This document shows, one piece after another, positions 50,298-59,581 of a stretch of DNA of 64,000 nt. A program made the translations under genes and the position numbers. The notes under the pieces are model-generated. The model made no database searches and was not told the origin of the DNA. It worked only from the letters and a program-made list of their open reading frames with translations. The DNA lies in contig CBDCQT010000012.1 in the NCBI GenBank assembly GCA_965220745.1, forward strand, positions 288,001 through 352,000. The letters run 5' to 3'. Source of the stretch: Alphaproteobacteria bacterium. GTDB taxonomy: Bacteria > Pseudomonadota > Alphaproteobacteria > UBA828. Numbering within the stretch: the stretch's first letter is position 1; every line of letters starts with the position of its first letter.

Positions 50298-52385
50298 CTA
50301 GTTCGCCGGTCTCGCCCAGATGGCGGTGTCGTGGAACACCGCGCCGCCGTTGGGATAGCCCGGATCGGCCGAGGTCAGTGTGTTGATCCCGAGCCCTTCC
50401 TCGAACGCGGTATTGGGCCAGATGCTCTCGACGATGACGGTGCCGCGCTGCTGGCCATGCGTGGTGCCGTTGGCCCTGCCGTTGCCATTCGCGATGCGCG
50501 CGTGAAGCAGGATCGAGCCGCGCCGGTTGCCGATGCGGACGCGGTCGCCGTCCTCGAAGCCGAGGTCGCGGGCATCGCCGGGGTGGAAGAGGGCGGAGGG
50601 CCTGGTCTCCTTGGCTATGCTGGTGGGCGTCTCCGTAAAGCTCGAGTTGAGGTAGTTGTGCGCGGGTGCGGTGACGAGGCGGAAGGGATGCTCCGCGTCC
50701 GGCGCCTCGGTCACTGCCATGTGGTCGGGGAAGGCGGGCATCTCAGCCCCGCGCGGGTTCATCCTGGTCCAGTCCGGCTTGAAGCGGAACCGCCCGTCCG
50801 GCCAGCCGAAGCCGTTCAGGTGATGGGCGCTCTCGAAGTCCGGCATGCAATCCTTCCAGCGCTCGGCCTTGAGCGTCGCCGCATCGGGGTGGCCTGAGCG
50901 CTTGAGCGTCGCGTCGATCAGCTCCCATGCTGTCATGTCGAAGCCCGGATGCTCGGCGCCGAGCCGCTTGGCGAGCGCGCGGATCATATCGTGGTTGGAG
51001 CGCGTCTCGGCATAAGGCTCGATCACCTTGGCGCCCATCAGCAGGTAGCTGTGGCCGCCGCCCACGTAGATGTCGTCATGCTCCAGGAAGGTGGTCGCCG
51101 GCAGCACGATGTCGGCATAACGCGCGGTGTCGGTCATGAACTGCTCGTGCACAGCGAGGAACAGGTCCTCGCGTAGCAGGCCCTCGCGCACTTTGGCCGA
51201 TTCCGGTGCCACCGCCGCCGGGTTGACGTTCTGCATGACGATGGCGGTGACCGGCGGGCCGTCGCCGAGGTCGTTCGGATCGCCTGTGAGCACCGGGCCG
51301 ATGCGCGACATGTCGAGGAGCCGCACCGAGCGGTCTCTGGCGTCGAGCCCCTCGATCAACGTGGCGTCGACGCCGTAGACGCTCTTGTTGGTGTGCATCG
51401 CGCCGCCGCCCTCGTACTGCCAAGCCCCGGTGACCGCGGCGATAGAAGTCGCGGCGTGCATGTTTGCGGCTCCGTTGCGCGAGCGGGTGAAGCCGTAGCC
51501 CAGGCGGATGTAGGTGCGCTTGATGCGCCCGATCATGCGGGCGAGCGCCACGATCTCGGCGGCCGGAATTCCGGTGATGGCGCTGGCCCACGCGGGGTCG
51601 CGGCTCGCGAGATGGACCTCGAACTCGTCCGGACAGTCGGTGTAGCGGGTGAGGTAGTCGCGGTCGGCGAAGTCTTCGGCGAAGAGCACGTGCATGATGC
51701 CGCAGGCGAGCGCGCCGTCGGTGCCGGGTCTGAGCGCCACGTGATGATCGGCGACCTTGGCGGTACGCGTCTCGTAGGGGTCGACCACCACGAGCGCTGC
51801 GTCCCGCGACTTCCGCGCCTTCGCGATGTGGGTCATCACGTTGACCTGGGTGGAGGCCGGATTGCAGCCCCAGACGACGATCAGGTCCGCCTTCGCCATC
51901 TCGCGCGGGTCGGAGCCCACGTATGTGCCGACTCCGGCCCACCAGCCGTCGCTGGAAAGCCGCGAGCAGATGGTCTCGTCCTGCCTTGAGTATTTCTTGA
52001 CATGGCGTAGGCGGTTGATGCCGTCGCGCTGCACCAGACCCATGGTGCCGGCGTAGTAGTAGGGCCAGACCGCCTCGGGACCGTGCTTCTGCTCGGCGCG
52101 GACGAAGGCGTCGGCGATCTGGTCCAGCGCGTCGTCCCAGCCGATGGGGCGGAACGCGCCGGCGCCCTTCTCGCCGGTGCGCTGCAGCGGCTGAGCGAGG
52201 CGCCCCGGATGGTGCACGCGCTCGGCGTAGCGCGCGACCTTGGCGCAGATGACTCCCGAGGTGTAGTCGTTCTCCCGCGCGCCCCTCACCGCGCCGATCC
52301 TGTCCGGCGCGAGCCGCTCGACCTCCAGCGCACAGGTCGACGGGCAGTCGTGGGGGCAGGCGGTGGCAACGAACTCGCTCGACAC
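50298..52385 (-). CDS. Molybdopterin (DMSO reductase family) oxidoreductase
   Basis: CPHDCPSTC...ICAK Fe-S site, RPGTDGALA, ADIVLPATTFLE. Confidence 0.9.
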   Translation of the reverse strand: MSSEFVATACPHDCPSTCALEVERLAPDRIGAVRGARENDYTSGVICAKVARYAERVHHPGRLAQPLQRTGEKGAGAFRPIGWDDALDQIADAFVRAEQKHGPEAVWPYYYAGTMGLVQRDGINRLRHVKKYSRQDETICSRLSSDGWWAGVGTYVGSDPREMAKADLIVVWGCNPASTQVNVMTHIAKARKSRDAALVVVDPYETRTAKVADHHVALRPGTDGALACGIMHVLFAEDFADRDYLTRYTDCPDEFEVHLASRDPAWASAITGIPAAEIVALARMIGRIKRTYIRLGYGFTRSRNGAANMHAATSIAAVTGAWQYEGGGAMHTNKSVYGVDATLIEGLDARDRSVRLLDMSRIGPVLTGDPNDLGDGPPVTAIVMQNVNPAAVAPESAKVREGLLREDLFLAVHEQFMTDTARYADIVLPATTFLEHDDIYVGGGHSYLLMGAKVIEPYAETRSNHDMIRALAKRLGAEHPGFDMTAWELIDATLKRSGHPDAATLKAERWKDCMPDFESAHHLNGFGWPDGRFRFKPDWTRMNPRGAEMPAFPDHMAVTEAPDAEHPFRLVTAPAHNYLNSSFTETPTSIAKETRPSALFHPGDARDLGFEDGDRVRIGNRRGSILLHARIANGNGRANGTTHGQQRGTVIVESIWPNTAFEEGLGINTLTSADPGYPNGGAVFHDTAIWARPAN

Positions 52386-52729
52386 GGTGCGTCCTCCTCG
52401 GGGCTGATGCCGGCCGCATCGCCGGCCCGGTGCCGGCGGGCGGCGGTCCTCCCGATCCGAGTCCGCATCTTAGCCTGGAATTATCAGCACGGTCATGGTT
52501 CGCCCACGCGAGTCGCTAAGGTGGAAGCCGGTCCCGAATGGCCGCCGATCAGACCACTGTAGGCCGGCTCGGCCTTCGGGCGACGTTCGGCAGTTGACCG
52601 ATTGTAGGTGAGGCAGGTCCGAACCATACTTTGCGGGCTGCGACGTTCTCTTGCCGAAACTCCATGTGCAGGTTCGTCGGTATTTCGGCGATTGTCGGCG
52701 TCAGGCGACGCATGCGGAGACCGCAATCG

Positions 52730-53695
52730 ATGAACAACACCGCCAGATTTTTCTGCATTGCACTTGCTCTTGCGCTGGCCGCTTGTTCCAGCGGGTCGAT
52801 GGAAAAAGTCGAATCCGGACATAGCACCAGCTTCGACGGCGAGGTGCTGCGCATCGAATTCGAACGCGAGGACGGCGGCAAGGAACGGTTCAGCGCACTC
52901 AGGGACCGCTGGTACGCCTGGTCCTGGGTGCCCTTCCTGCCCAACCATTCGGGGCGGCGCTGGGTAATGGGAAAGACCGACCGGGAGGGCACCTCGGTCG
53001 CCTATGCCCTGGTAAGCTGGGACAATGACGAGCCCACCGACTACCTGGCCGCTGGGTACTGGATGCGCTTCGACGGATTCCGTCGCGACTACGACCTTCC
53101 CATCGCAGCCGCCGACCTCGTCATGTTCATCGACGGATCGGAGATCGACCCTGCAACTCCGCCCGAACTCCCGGTCTCGGGGACAGCGCGCTACACCGGC
53201 CAGGCAGGCGGAATCTACACCTACAGCTACGGCGGCGGCTGGAACGGGTACGATGGGCCCGACGCGGGGGAGGAGTTCTACGGCCCGATGACCGTCGATG
53301 CGAATTTCGACGACATGACCATCGCCGGCTGCATCGGCTGCGTCGGCGACCTCTGGATCGAGCGCGAGCACCTCTACTCGGTTCTTGGTCGGAGAGTCGC
53401 CGAGCCGCTCGCCATGCCCACCGACTACGAAATTCAGTTCGCCCCGACGAAGATCGAGTCCGAAGGCAATTTCCTGGGAGAAGACGTGACGGTCGCCCAT
53501 CCGACGCGGACCGTCACGCGGTCGGGTGGGGAATGGGGCGGCAGCCTTTCCAACCGCCCGGCGTCCGACGGCAATCCGCGCTTCGTTGCCGGCATCGCGA
53601 GTGCCGAGTTCATGGAGGCCGATGGCAGCGAGGGCGCGTTCAAGTCGATCTTCATCACGGTCCACCCGTCGCTGCTGCCCCCCGAGCAGCCCTGA
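52730..53695 (+). CDS. Lipoprotein with TbpB/HpuA-like C-terminal beta-barrel
   Basis: Lipobox LAAC; ELPVSGTARYTGQAGG and MTVDANFDDMTIAG, GEWGG barrel pattern. Confidence 0.65.
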   Translation: MNNTARFFCIALALALAACSSGSMEKVESGHSTSFDGEVLRIEFEREDGGKERFSALRDRWYAWSWVPFLPNHSGRRWVMGKTDREGTSVAYALVSWDNDEPTDYLAAGYWMRFDGFRRDYDLPIAAADLVMFIDGSEIDPATPPELPVSGTARYTGQAGGIYTYSYGGGWNGYDGPDAGEEFYGPMTVDANFDDMTIAGCIGCVGDLWIEREHLYSVLGRRVAEPLAMPTDYEIQFAPTKIESEGNFLGEDVTVAHPTRTVTRSGGEWGGSLSNRPASDGNPRFVAGIASAEFMEADGSEGAFKSIFITVHPSLLPPEQP

Positions 53696-53824
53696 AGGCG
53701 GGCCTCTACGACCGTCACCCCAGTAGCCGCGCGGGGGCGGGGTGCGTGCGCGCCGCTGCGGTCGGCAAGGAAATTCGCGCGAATTTGTGGTATTGAGACG
53801 CAATATCGGAGGCCGGGGCTCCAG

Positions 53825-54286
53825 ATGACGGCACTGCCTGAGAGCGACGCTGTGGCACGCCTGCGCGAAGCCGGGCTTAGGCCCACGCGCCAGCGCATCG
53901 TCCTCGCTCGCCGGCTCTTCAGCGGGCCGCACAGGCATGTCACCGCCGCCGAGCTTCATGCCGAGGTGCTGCGGGAGGAGGCGGGAGTCTCCCTCGCCAC
54001 GGTCTACAACACCCTGCACCAGTTCACGAAGGCAGGTCTCCTGCGCGAGCTGGTGGTGGACGCGGGGCCCTCCTTCTTCGACACCAACACCACGCATCAC
54101 CAGCACTTCTTCCTGGAGGAGACCGGCCGCCTGGTCGATGTGCCGGGCGATCGCGTCGCGGTGAGCGACCTGCCGCCTGCGCCGCCAGGGACCAAAGTTT
54201 CGCGCATCGACGTGATCATCCGCGTGACCGGCGACGGGGCAGACGAGAGCTCGAAGGCCCCGCCCGGCGCTCGCACCCTGGAATGA
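53825..54286 (+). CDS. irr: Fur-family iron response regulator Irr
   Basis: GLRPTRQR, SLATVYNTLHQF, FFDTNTTHHQHFF, RIDVIIR. Confidence 0.88.
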   Translation: MTALPESDAVARLREAGLRPTRQRIVLARRLFSGPHRHVTAAELHAEVLREEAGVSLATVYNTLHQFTKAGLLRELVVDAGPSFFDTNTTHHQHFFLEETGRLVDVPGDRVAVSDLPPAPPGTKVSRIDVIIRVTGDGADESSKAPPGARTLE

Positions 54287-54325
54287 TTCCAATCCGTTGA
54301 CGGCGGCCGTGCACTGCGTCATATA
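54277..54325 (+). promoter_or_regulatory. ICE-like (Irr) box and adjacent promoter of rubrerythrin
   Basis: CCTGGAATGATTCCAAT versus ICE consensus TTTRGAAYNRTTCYAAA, followed by GTTGAC...CATAT. Confidence 0.55.
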
Positions 54326-54408
54326 GAGTGCCGAATGCACCGGCCGTACTCGCGTCCTGCGATGCGGCGATCAAGCATCTCGAACCATGAGTTAGGGGGA
54401 ACAAGACC

Positions 54409-54828
54409 ATGCCAGCATTGGGTGGAAGCAAGACCGAGCAGAATCTGAAGGACGCCTTCGCCGGCGAGTCACAGGCCAACCGCCGCTACCTCTACTTCGC
54501 CCGCAAGGCGGACGTGGAGGGCCACAACGACGTCTCGGCGCTCTTCCGCTCGACCGCCGAGGGCGAGACCGGCCATGCGCACGGCCATCTCGACTACCTG
54601 GTGGAGACCGGCGATCCGGCCACCGGCCTGCCGATCGGCCAGACCAGCGAAAATCTGGCGGCTGCCGTCGCCGGTGAGACCCACGAATACACCGACATGT
54701 ATCCGGGCATGGCGCGCACCGCCCGCGACGAGGGCTTCGACGAGATCGCGGACTGGTTCGAGACCCTGGCGAAGGCGGAAAAATCCCACGCCGGGCGCTT
54801 CCAGAAGGCGCTCGACGGCCTCGACTGA
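54409..54828 (+). CDS. Short-chain rubrerythrin
   Basis: [36 protein letters not shown]. Confidence 0.93.
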   Translation: MPALGGSKTEQNLKDAFAGESQANRRYLYFARKADVEGHNDVSALFRSTAEGETGHAHGHLDYLVETGDPATGLPIGQTSENLAAAVAGETHEYTDMYPGMARTARDEGFDEIADWFETLAKAEKSHAGRFQKALDGLD

Positions 54829-54876
54829 GCGCCCCTCAAGAATGACCGCCGGCGTCGCCTGGGCGCGCTCACGCGC

Positions 54877-55902
54877 TCAGGCGGGCGCCGGTGCGCGCAT
54901 GTATCGGCTCGTCTCGCCGGGCGGGGTCGCGAGCCGGATCACGCCGCTGTCGTGCAGCTCCCGCAGATAGCGAAAGCCCTTGGCGTACTCCGAGAGAATG
55001 TGCTCGCCCGAGCGGAACCCGCGATAGCGCACGGGCCGCTCGGCCGTGACGAAGGGCGCAAGCGGCTCGACCCAGGCGTCGAAGTTCGCGGCGAAAAAGA
55101 GCGGTAGCGAGTAGCGCTCCTCGTCGATTCCCATCACCCGGTGCGGGCCCGAGGTGAAGAGCCCGTTGGTCCAGGTTTCCAGCGTGTCTCCCACGTTGAC
55201 GACGAGGCTGCCCGGCAGGGGCCGCACGTCGATCCACTCGCCGTCCACGCTCATCACCTGCAGCCCCGGCTTGGTCTGGTGCAGGATGGTGAAGCACTCC
55301 GAATCGGTGTGCGAGCCGATCCCGAGACGAAGCCGTTCCGATCCGGTGCCCGGCTCCGGCGCCGGGTAGTGGAGCAGCCGCAGGTTCGACGTGGGCTTCG
55401 TGAACATCGGCGCGAACGCATCTTCCGGCAGGTCGAGGGCACGGGCGAAGGCAGGGAGAAGCCGGCGCCCGAAGGCCATGACCGCCTCGTAGTAGCCGCC
55501 GACGGTCTCGCGAAAGCTGGGCAGGTCGGGCCAGACGTTGGGGCCGAGGAAGCGATAGCCCGCGACGTAGTCCGGGTCGTCGTCGGGCAGGTCGGCGGCG
55601 AGGTCGAAGGATGCCTTCCGGCCCACGCCCGGCTCGTCGCCATAGTCCTCTTCGCCCGGCGGCACATAGCCCCGGTGGTTGCGCGACTTCGCGATGTGGT
55701 AGCGCCGCTTCTCCTCGTCCGGCAGCGCATGGAAGCGCGCGGCCTGCTCGTAGGTGGCAGCGATCAGCGACTCCGGCACGCCGTGGCCGGTGACGTGGAA
55801 AAACCCGGTTCCCCGGCAGGCCTCGCCGATCGCGCCGCAGAGCGCGCGTCGGGCGGCGCTCTCGCCCGCGTCGAGAGCGTTCGCGTCGATGACCGGAATC
55901 AC
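54877..55902 (-). CDS. 2-oxoglutarate/Fe(II) oxygenase (IPNS-like family)
   Basis: [13 protein letters not shown]...PHRV, RYS. Confidence 0.9.
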   Translation of the reverse strand: MIPVIDANALDAGESAARRALCGAIGEACRGTGFFHVTGHGVPESLIAATYEQAARFHALPDEEKRRYHIAKSRNHRGYVPPGEEDYGDEPGVGRKASFDLAADLPDDDPDYVAGYRFLGPNVWPDLPSFRETVGGYYEAVMAFGRRLLPAFARALDLPEDAFAPMFTKPTSNLRLLHYPAPEPGTGSERLRLGIGSHTDSECFTILHQTKPGLQVMSVDGEWIDVRPLPGSLVVNVGDTLETWTNGLFTSGPHRVMGIDEERYSLPLFFAANFDAWVEPLAPFVTAERPVRYRGFRSGEHILSEYAKGFRYLRELHDSGVIRLATPPGETSRYMRAPAPA

Positions 55903-56957
55903 GCGCCGGCCAGGCGGAACACCTCAGCAAACGCCGGGTGGATGCCCGCTGCGCCAAACGCCTCAAGGTCGCTCGAGCACGAGTTCTGGCTGAGCACGGC
56001 GGTGATCCCGCTGGGCTCGTGATGGCCGGCCATGGTGACGTGCCCGCGCAGCTGGCCGAGGTGGCCCTCGATCACAAGCTCGCCGAATCGGGAGACCAGG
56101 ACCCCGTGGCCGCAATGGGTGATGTTCGTGCCTGGGAATGAGGCCGGTAGCAGCGGGCCGCGCAGCATGGCGAGGGCGTCGTTCTCCAACACCTGCCCGG
56201 TGAAGAGCGCGTGAATGCCCCGCGCGAGGTCGCGCGGTGTCGTGACCAGATCGCCCGCCGCCCCGATGCCGGAGAGCGGAAACCAGTCGGAGGAATCCTC
56301 CGGCGGTGCCTCGGGCTCGGTGGAATCGAAGACGTATTGACGGGCCAGGTGTTCGCGCGGGAAGGCCTCGTCGCCGCCGCTCCAGGTCTCGGCCATGCCC
56401 GCCGGCTCGAAGACCGCGCGCCCGAGCCATTGGGAGAGCACCTCGCCCCGCTCGCTGGCGACGATCTCGCCCGCCAGCACGTAGCCGGGATTGGAATAGA
56501 TGAAGGCCTCACCGGGCGTGATCTGCGTTCCGTTGGCGAGCGCGAAGTCGATGATTCTCTCGGGCGTCCAGTCGTCGGCCGCGCCCTTGGGCATGAACGC
56601 CTCGTACTCGGGCAGGCCGCTGCGGTGACTGAGCAGGTGACGCACGCGGATCTCGTCCGCGCGCGGCAGGTGCGGGAGCCACCCCTCGATGGTCTGGTCG
56701 AGGCCGATCCGCCCCTCGCTCACCAGCGCGAGCACGGCAACGGCGGTCCAGGTCTTCTTGGTGCTCGCGGTCTTGAACAGGTGGTCGGGGGTGAGCGGCG
56801 CTCCCGTCTCGCGATTGGCGCAGCCGGCGGCGAGAGTCAGCACCCCTTCGCCCGGCCGGATGAGGGCGAGCGAAGCGCCGACGATGCCCTGCACCACGTG
56901 GTCGCTCAGCACCCGGTCGAGCTGGGATACCAGAACGTCGGTCTCCGGCTTCAGCAT
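55899..56957 (-). CDS. Serine hydrolase, beta-lactamase fold
   Basis: SxxK (STKK), LLSHRSGL, YSN, GHLG; overlaps the oxygenase start. Confidence 0.88.
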   Translation of the reverse strand: MLKPETDVLVSQLDRVLSDHVVQGIVGASLALIRPGEGVLTLAAGCANRETGAPLTPDHLFKTASTKKTWTAVAVLALVSEGRIGLDQTIEGWLPHLPRADEIRVRHLLSHRSGLPEYEAFMPKGAADDWTPERIIDFALANGTQITPGEAFIYSNPGYVLAGEIVASERGEVLSQWLGRAVFEPAGMAETWSGGDEAFPREHLARQYVFDSTEPEAPPEDSSDWFPLSGIGAAGDLVTTPRDLARGIHALFTGQVLENDALAMLRGPLLPASFPGTNITHCGHGVLVSRFGELVIEGHLGQLRGHVTMAGHHEPSGITAVLSQNSCSSDLEAFGAAGIHPAFAEVFRLAGA

Positions 56958-57106
56958 CGTCGCCCCCGTTCCGCTGTGCCCGCGCTCACCATAGCACGGG
57001 CCCGCCGCGCCGGCGGAAGGCGGGACCGGGCGGCACGACGTAGGGTTCCGTAGCCCAGACCATGGCCGTGTTGAGCAACGGCGGGGTGTGCGCTTGCTCT
57101 TGCACT

Positions 57107-57164
57107 TCATGGCGCGATACTGCCCCGAGCGGCACGCGCCCTGCACCCCACCATGGTCCGGGGC
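57107..57164 (-). promoter_or_regulatory. Second copy of the DUF3486 upstream block (dyad plus ATG)
   Basis: About 46/59 identical by hand count to 62028-62086, last 23 nt 22/23; dyad CCCACCATGGTCCG centred 43.5 nt before ATG at 57110. Confidence 0.6.
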
Positions 57165-57195
57165 GTTAGCACGCTGCAGCGAAGGGGGAGCACGC

Positions 57196-59556
57196 ATGGC
57201 GCACGTCGGCGCGGCGCACACACGCCTTGAAGACGATCGCTTTCTGACCGGCCGGGGCCGGTTCGTGGACGACATCCGCCTGCCGGGGGAGGCGTATGCC
57301 GCCTTCGTCCGCAGTCCCCACGCCCGCGCCCGCATCGGAGCGATCGCCACGGAGCGCGCACGTGCCATGCCGGGCGTGCTGGCCGTGCTTACCGGCGAGG
57401 ACTGGCGCCGCGACGGCGGCGGCGAGACCGACGTGCTGTGGGACATCAACTCCCACGACGGCACGCCGATGAACATCGCCCGCCGGCCGATCTTCGCCTC
57501 CGGCGAGGCCCGTCACGTGGGCGACACGGTGGCCCTCGTCGTCGCGGACGACCCGCATACCGCCGCCGACGCTGCGGCCGCCGTCGAGGTCGCGTGGGAG
57601 CCACTCCCCTCGATCACCGATCTCGCCGCGTCGGTCGAGGCGGATGCGCCGCTGGTGCACGAGGAGTTCGGCAGCAACGTCGCCTACGACTGGCGGCTCG
57701 GCGATGCCGAGGCGACGGAAGCCGCGTTCGCCGCTGCCGCCCACTCCACCGCGCTCTCGCTGAACAACAACCGCCTCGCGCCGAGTGCCATGGAGCCGCG
57801 CGCGGCCATCGGCGCGTACGGTCGCGGCGATGGGCGCTACACCCTCTGGTCCACCACGCAGAACCCGCATCTGGTCCGCCAGTGGCTCTCGCGCGACACG
57901 CTGCGCGCGCCCGAGCACACGATCAGGGTGGTGGCGCCCGATGTGGGCGGCGGCTTCGGCCAGAAGACCTATCACTACCCGGAGGAGGCGAGCCTGCCCT
58001 GGGCCGCGCGAATAGTGGGCCGGCCGGTGCGCTGGACCGCGACCCGTACCGAGACGCTCGCAGTGGATATCCACGCCCGCGACCACGTGACCGAGGCGCG
58101 CATGGCCTTCGATGAAGACGGGCGCATCGCCGCCGTCGAGGCCAACATCATCGCCAATCTCGGCGCCTATCAGAGTCAATTCGCCGCCTGCATCCCGACG
58201 CTCTTCTGCGTCACCATGTTCTCCGGCCAGTATGCGATCCCCGCTCTGCACTGCCGGGTGCTCGGCGTCTACACCAACACCACGCCGATCGACGCCTATC
58301 GCGGCGCCGGCAATCCCGAGATCACCTACGTCATCGAGCGCTTGATCGAGAACGGCGCGCGGGAGATGGCCGCCGAATCGGTCGAGGCCCGCGCGCGCAA
58401 CCTCGTGCCTGCCGCCGCCATGCCCTATGCGAGCGCGACCGGCGTCACCTACGACGTGGGCGACTTCCCGGCGGTGCTCGACAAGGCCCGCGCGCTCGCC
58501 GATCTCGACGCGCTCAAGGCCGAGCAGGCGAGGCTCCGGGAGGACGGCGTGCTGATGGGGATTGGCATGGCGGCCTTCATCCGTTCCGGCGGCGCGGGGC
58601 CCAGCCGGCTTGCCGCGGCCCTCGGCAGCCGCATGGGGCTCTGGGATGTGGCCACCGTCCGCGTCCATCCCAGCGGCAAGATCACCGTGCTCTGCGGCAG
58701 CCACAACCACGGCCAGTCCCACGCCACGACCTACGCACAGATCGTCGCGGACCGCTTCGGCTGCGACATGGCCGACATCGACGTCGTCGAAGGCGATACG
58801 GACCGGATCCCTCACGGCCTCGGCACCTGGGCCTCGCGCTCGATCACGGTGGTGGGCTCGGCGCTCGCCGTCGCCTCCGATCGCATCATCGACAAGGGCC
58901 GCCGTCTCGCCGCCCACCTCATGGAATGCGCCGTGGAGGACATCGACTTCGGGGCCGGCGCCTATTCCGTGCGCGGCACCGACCGGCGGATGACCTTCGT
59001 CGAGATCGCCGACATGGCCTATCGCGGCGCCGACTACCCCGAGGGCTTCGAGCTCGGGCTGGAAGAGGCGGCGTTCTTCGACCCGGACGACTTCAACTAT
59101 CCCTACGGCACCCACGTCGCCACGGTCACCGTCGATCCCGAGACCGGCGCGGTGCGGCTCACCGGCTACTACTCGGTGGAGGACATGGGCCTCGTGATCA
59201 ACCCGCTGGTGGTGGACGGCCAGCGCCACGGCGCCGCCGCCCAGGGCATCGGCCAGGCGCTGCTGGAGGACGTGCGCTACGAGCCGGACTCGGGCCAGCT
59301 GCTCACCGGCTCCTTCATGGACTACACGATCCCCCGCGCCGACGACATGCCGGACTTCGCGCTCGACAGCCACGTGACGCTGACCGAGACCAACCCGCTC
59401 GGCGTCAAGGGCGTGGGCGAGCTCGGCACTGCCGGGCCGCCGGCCGCGATCGGCAACGCCATCCTCGACGCGCTCTGGCACCTCGGCGTGCGCCAGATGG
59501 AGATGCCGTTCACGGCCGAGCGGGTCTGGCGCGCGATGCGCGACGCCTCCGCGTAG
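57196..59556 (+). CDS. Xanthine dehydrogenase / CoxL-like molybdopterin-binding subunit
   Basis: EDDRFLTGRGRFVDD, PDVGGGFGQK, AYRGAGN, HGQSHATT, GVKGVGE. Confidence 0.92.
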   Translation: MAHVGAAHTRLEDDRFLTGRGRFVDDIRLPGEAYAAFVRSPHARARIGAIATERARAMPGVLAVLTGEDWRRDGGGETDVLWDINSHDGTPMNIARRPIFASGEARHVGDTVALVVADDPHTAADAAAAVEVAWEPLPSITDLAASVEADAPLVHEEFGSNVAYDWRLGDAEATEAAFAAAAHSTALSLNNNRLAPSAMEPRAAIGAYGRGDGRYTLWSTTQNPHLVRQWLSRDTLRAPEHTIRVVAPDVGGGFGQKTYHYPEEASLPWAARIVGRPVRWTATRTETLAVDIHARDHVTEARMAFDEDGRIAAVEANIIANLGAYQSQFAACIPTLFCVTMFSGQYAIPALHCRVLGVYTNTTPIDAYRGAGNPEITYVIERLIENGAREMAAESVEARARNLVPAAAMPYASATGVTYDVGDFPAVLDKARALADLDALKAEQARLREDGVLMGIGMAAFIRSGGAGPSRLAAALGSRMGLWDVATVRVHPSGKITVLCGSHNHGQSHATTYAQIVADRFGCDMADIDVVEGDTDRIPHGLGTWASRSITVVGSALAVASDRIIDKGRRLAAHLMECAVEDIDFGAGAYSVRGTDRRMTFVEIADMAYRGADYPEGFELGLEEAAFFDPDDFNYPYGTHVATVTVDPETGAVRLTGYYSVEDMGLVINPLVVDGQRHGAAAQGIGQALLEDVRYEPDSGQLLTGSFMDYTIPRADDMPDFALDSHVTLTETNPLGVKGVGELGTAGPPAAIGNAILDALWHLGVRQMEMPFTAERVWRAMRDASA

Positions 59557-59581
59557 CCCCGGCGCTGCCCGCCGCGCCCCG

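Noticed and set aside
54877-56957. IPNS-like oxygenase plus beta-lactamase-fold gene as beta-lactam biosynthesis or resistance
   Set aside because: Both families are broad; no ACV synthetase or NRPS nearby and the hydrolase lacks a signal peptide.
57196-59556. Aerobic CO dehydrogenase
   Set aside because: Lacks the AYXCSFR motif and coxMS or accessory genes.
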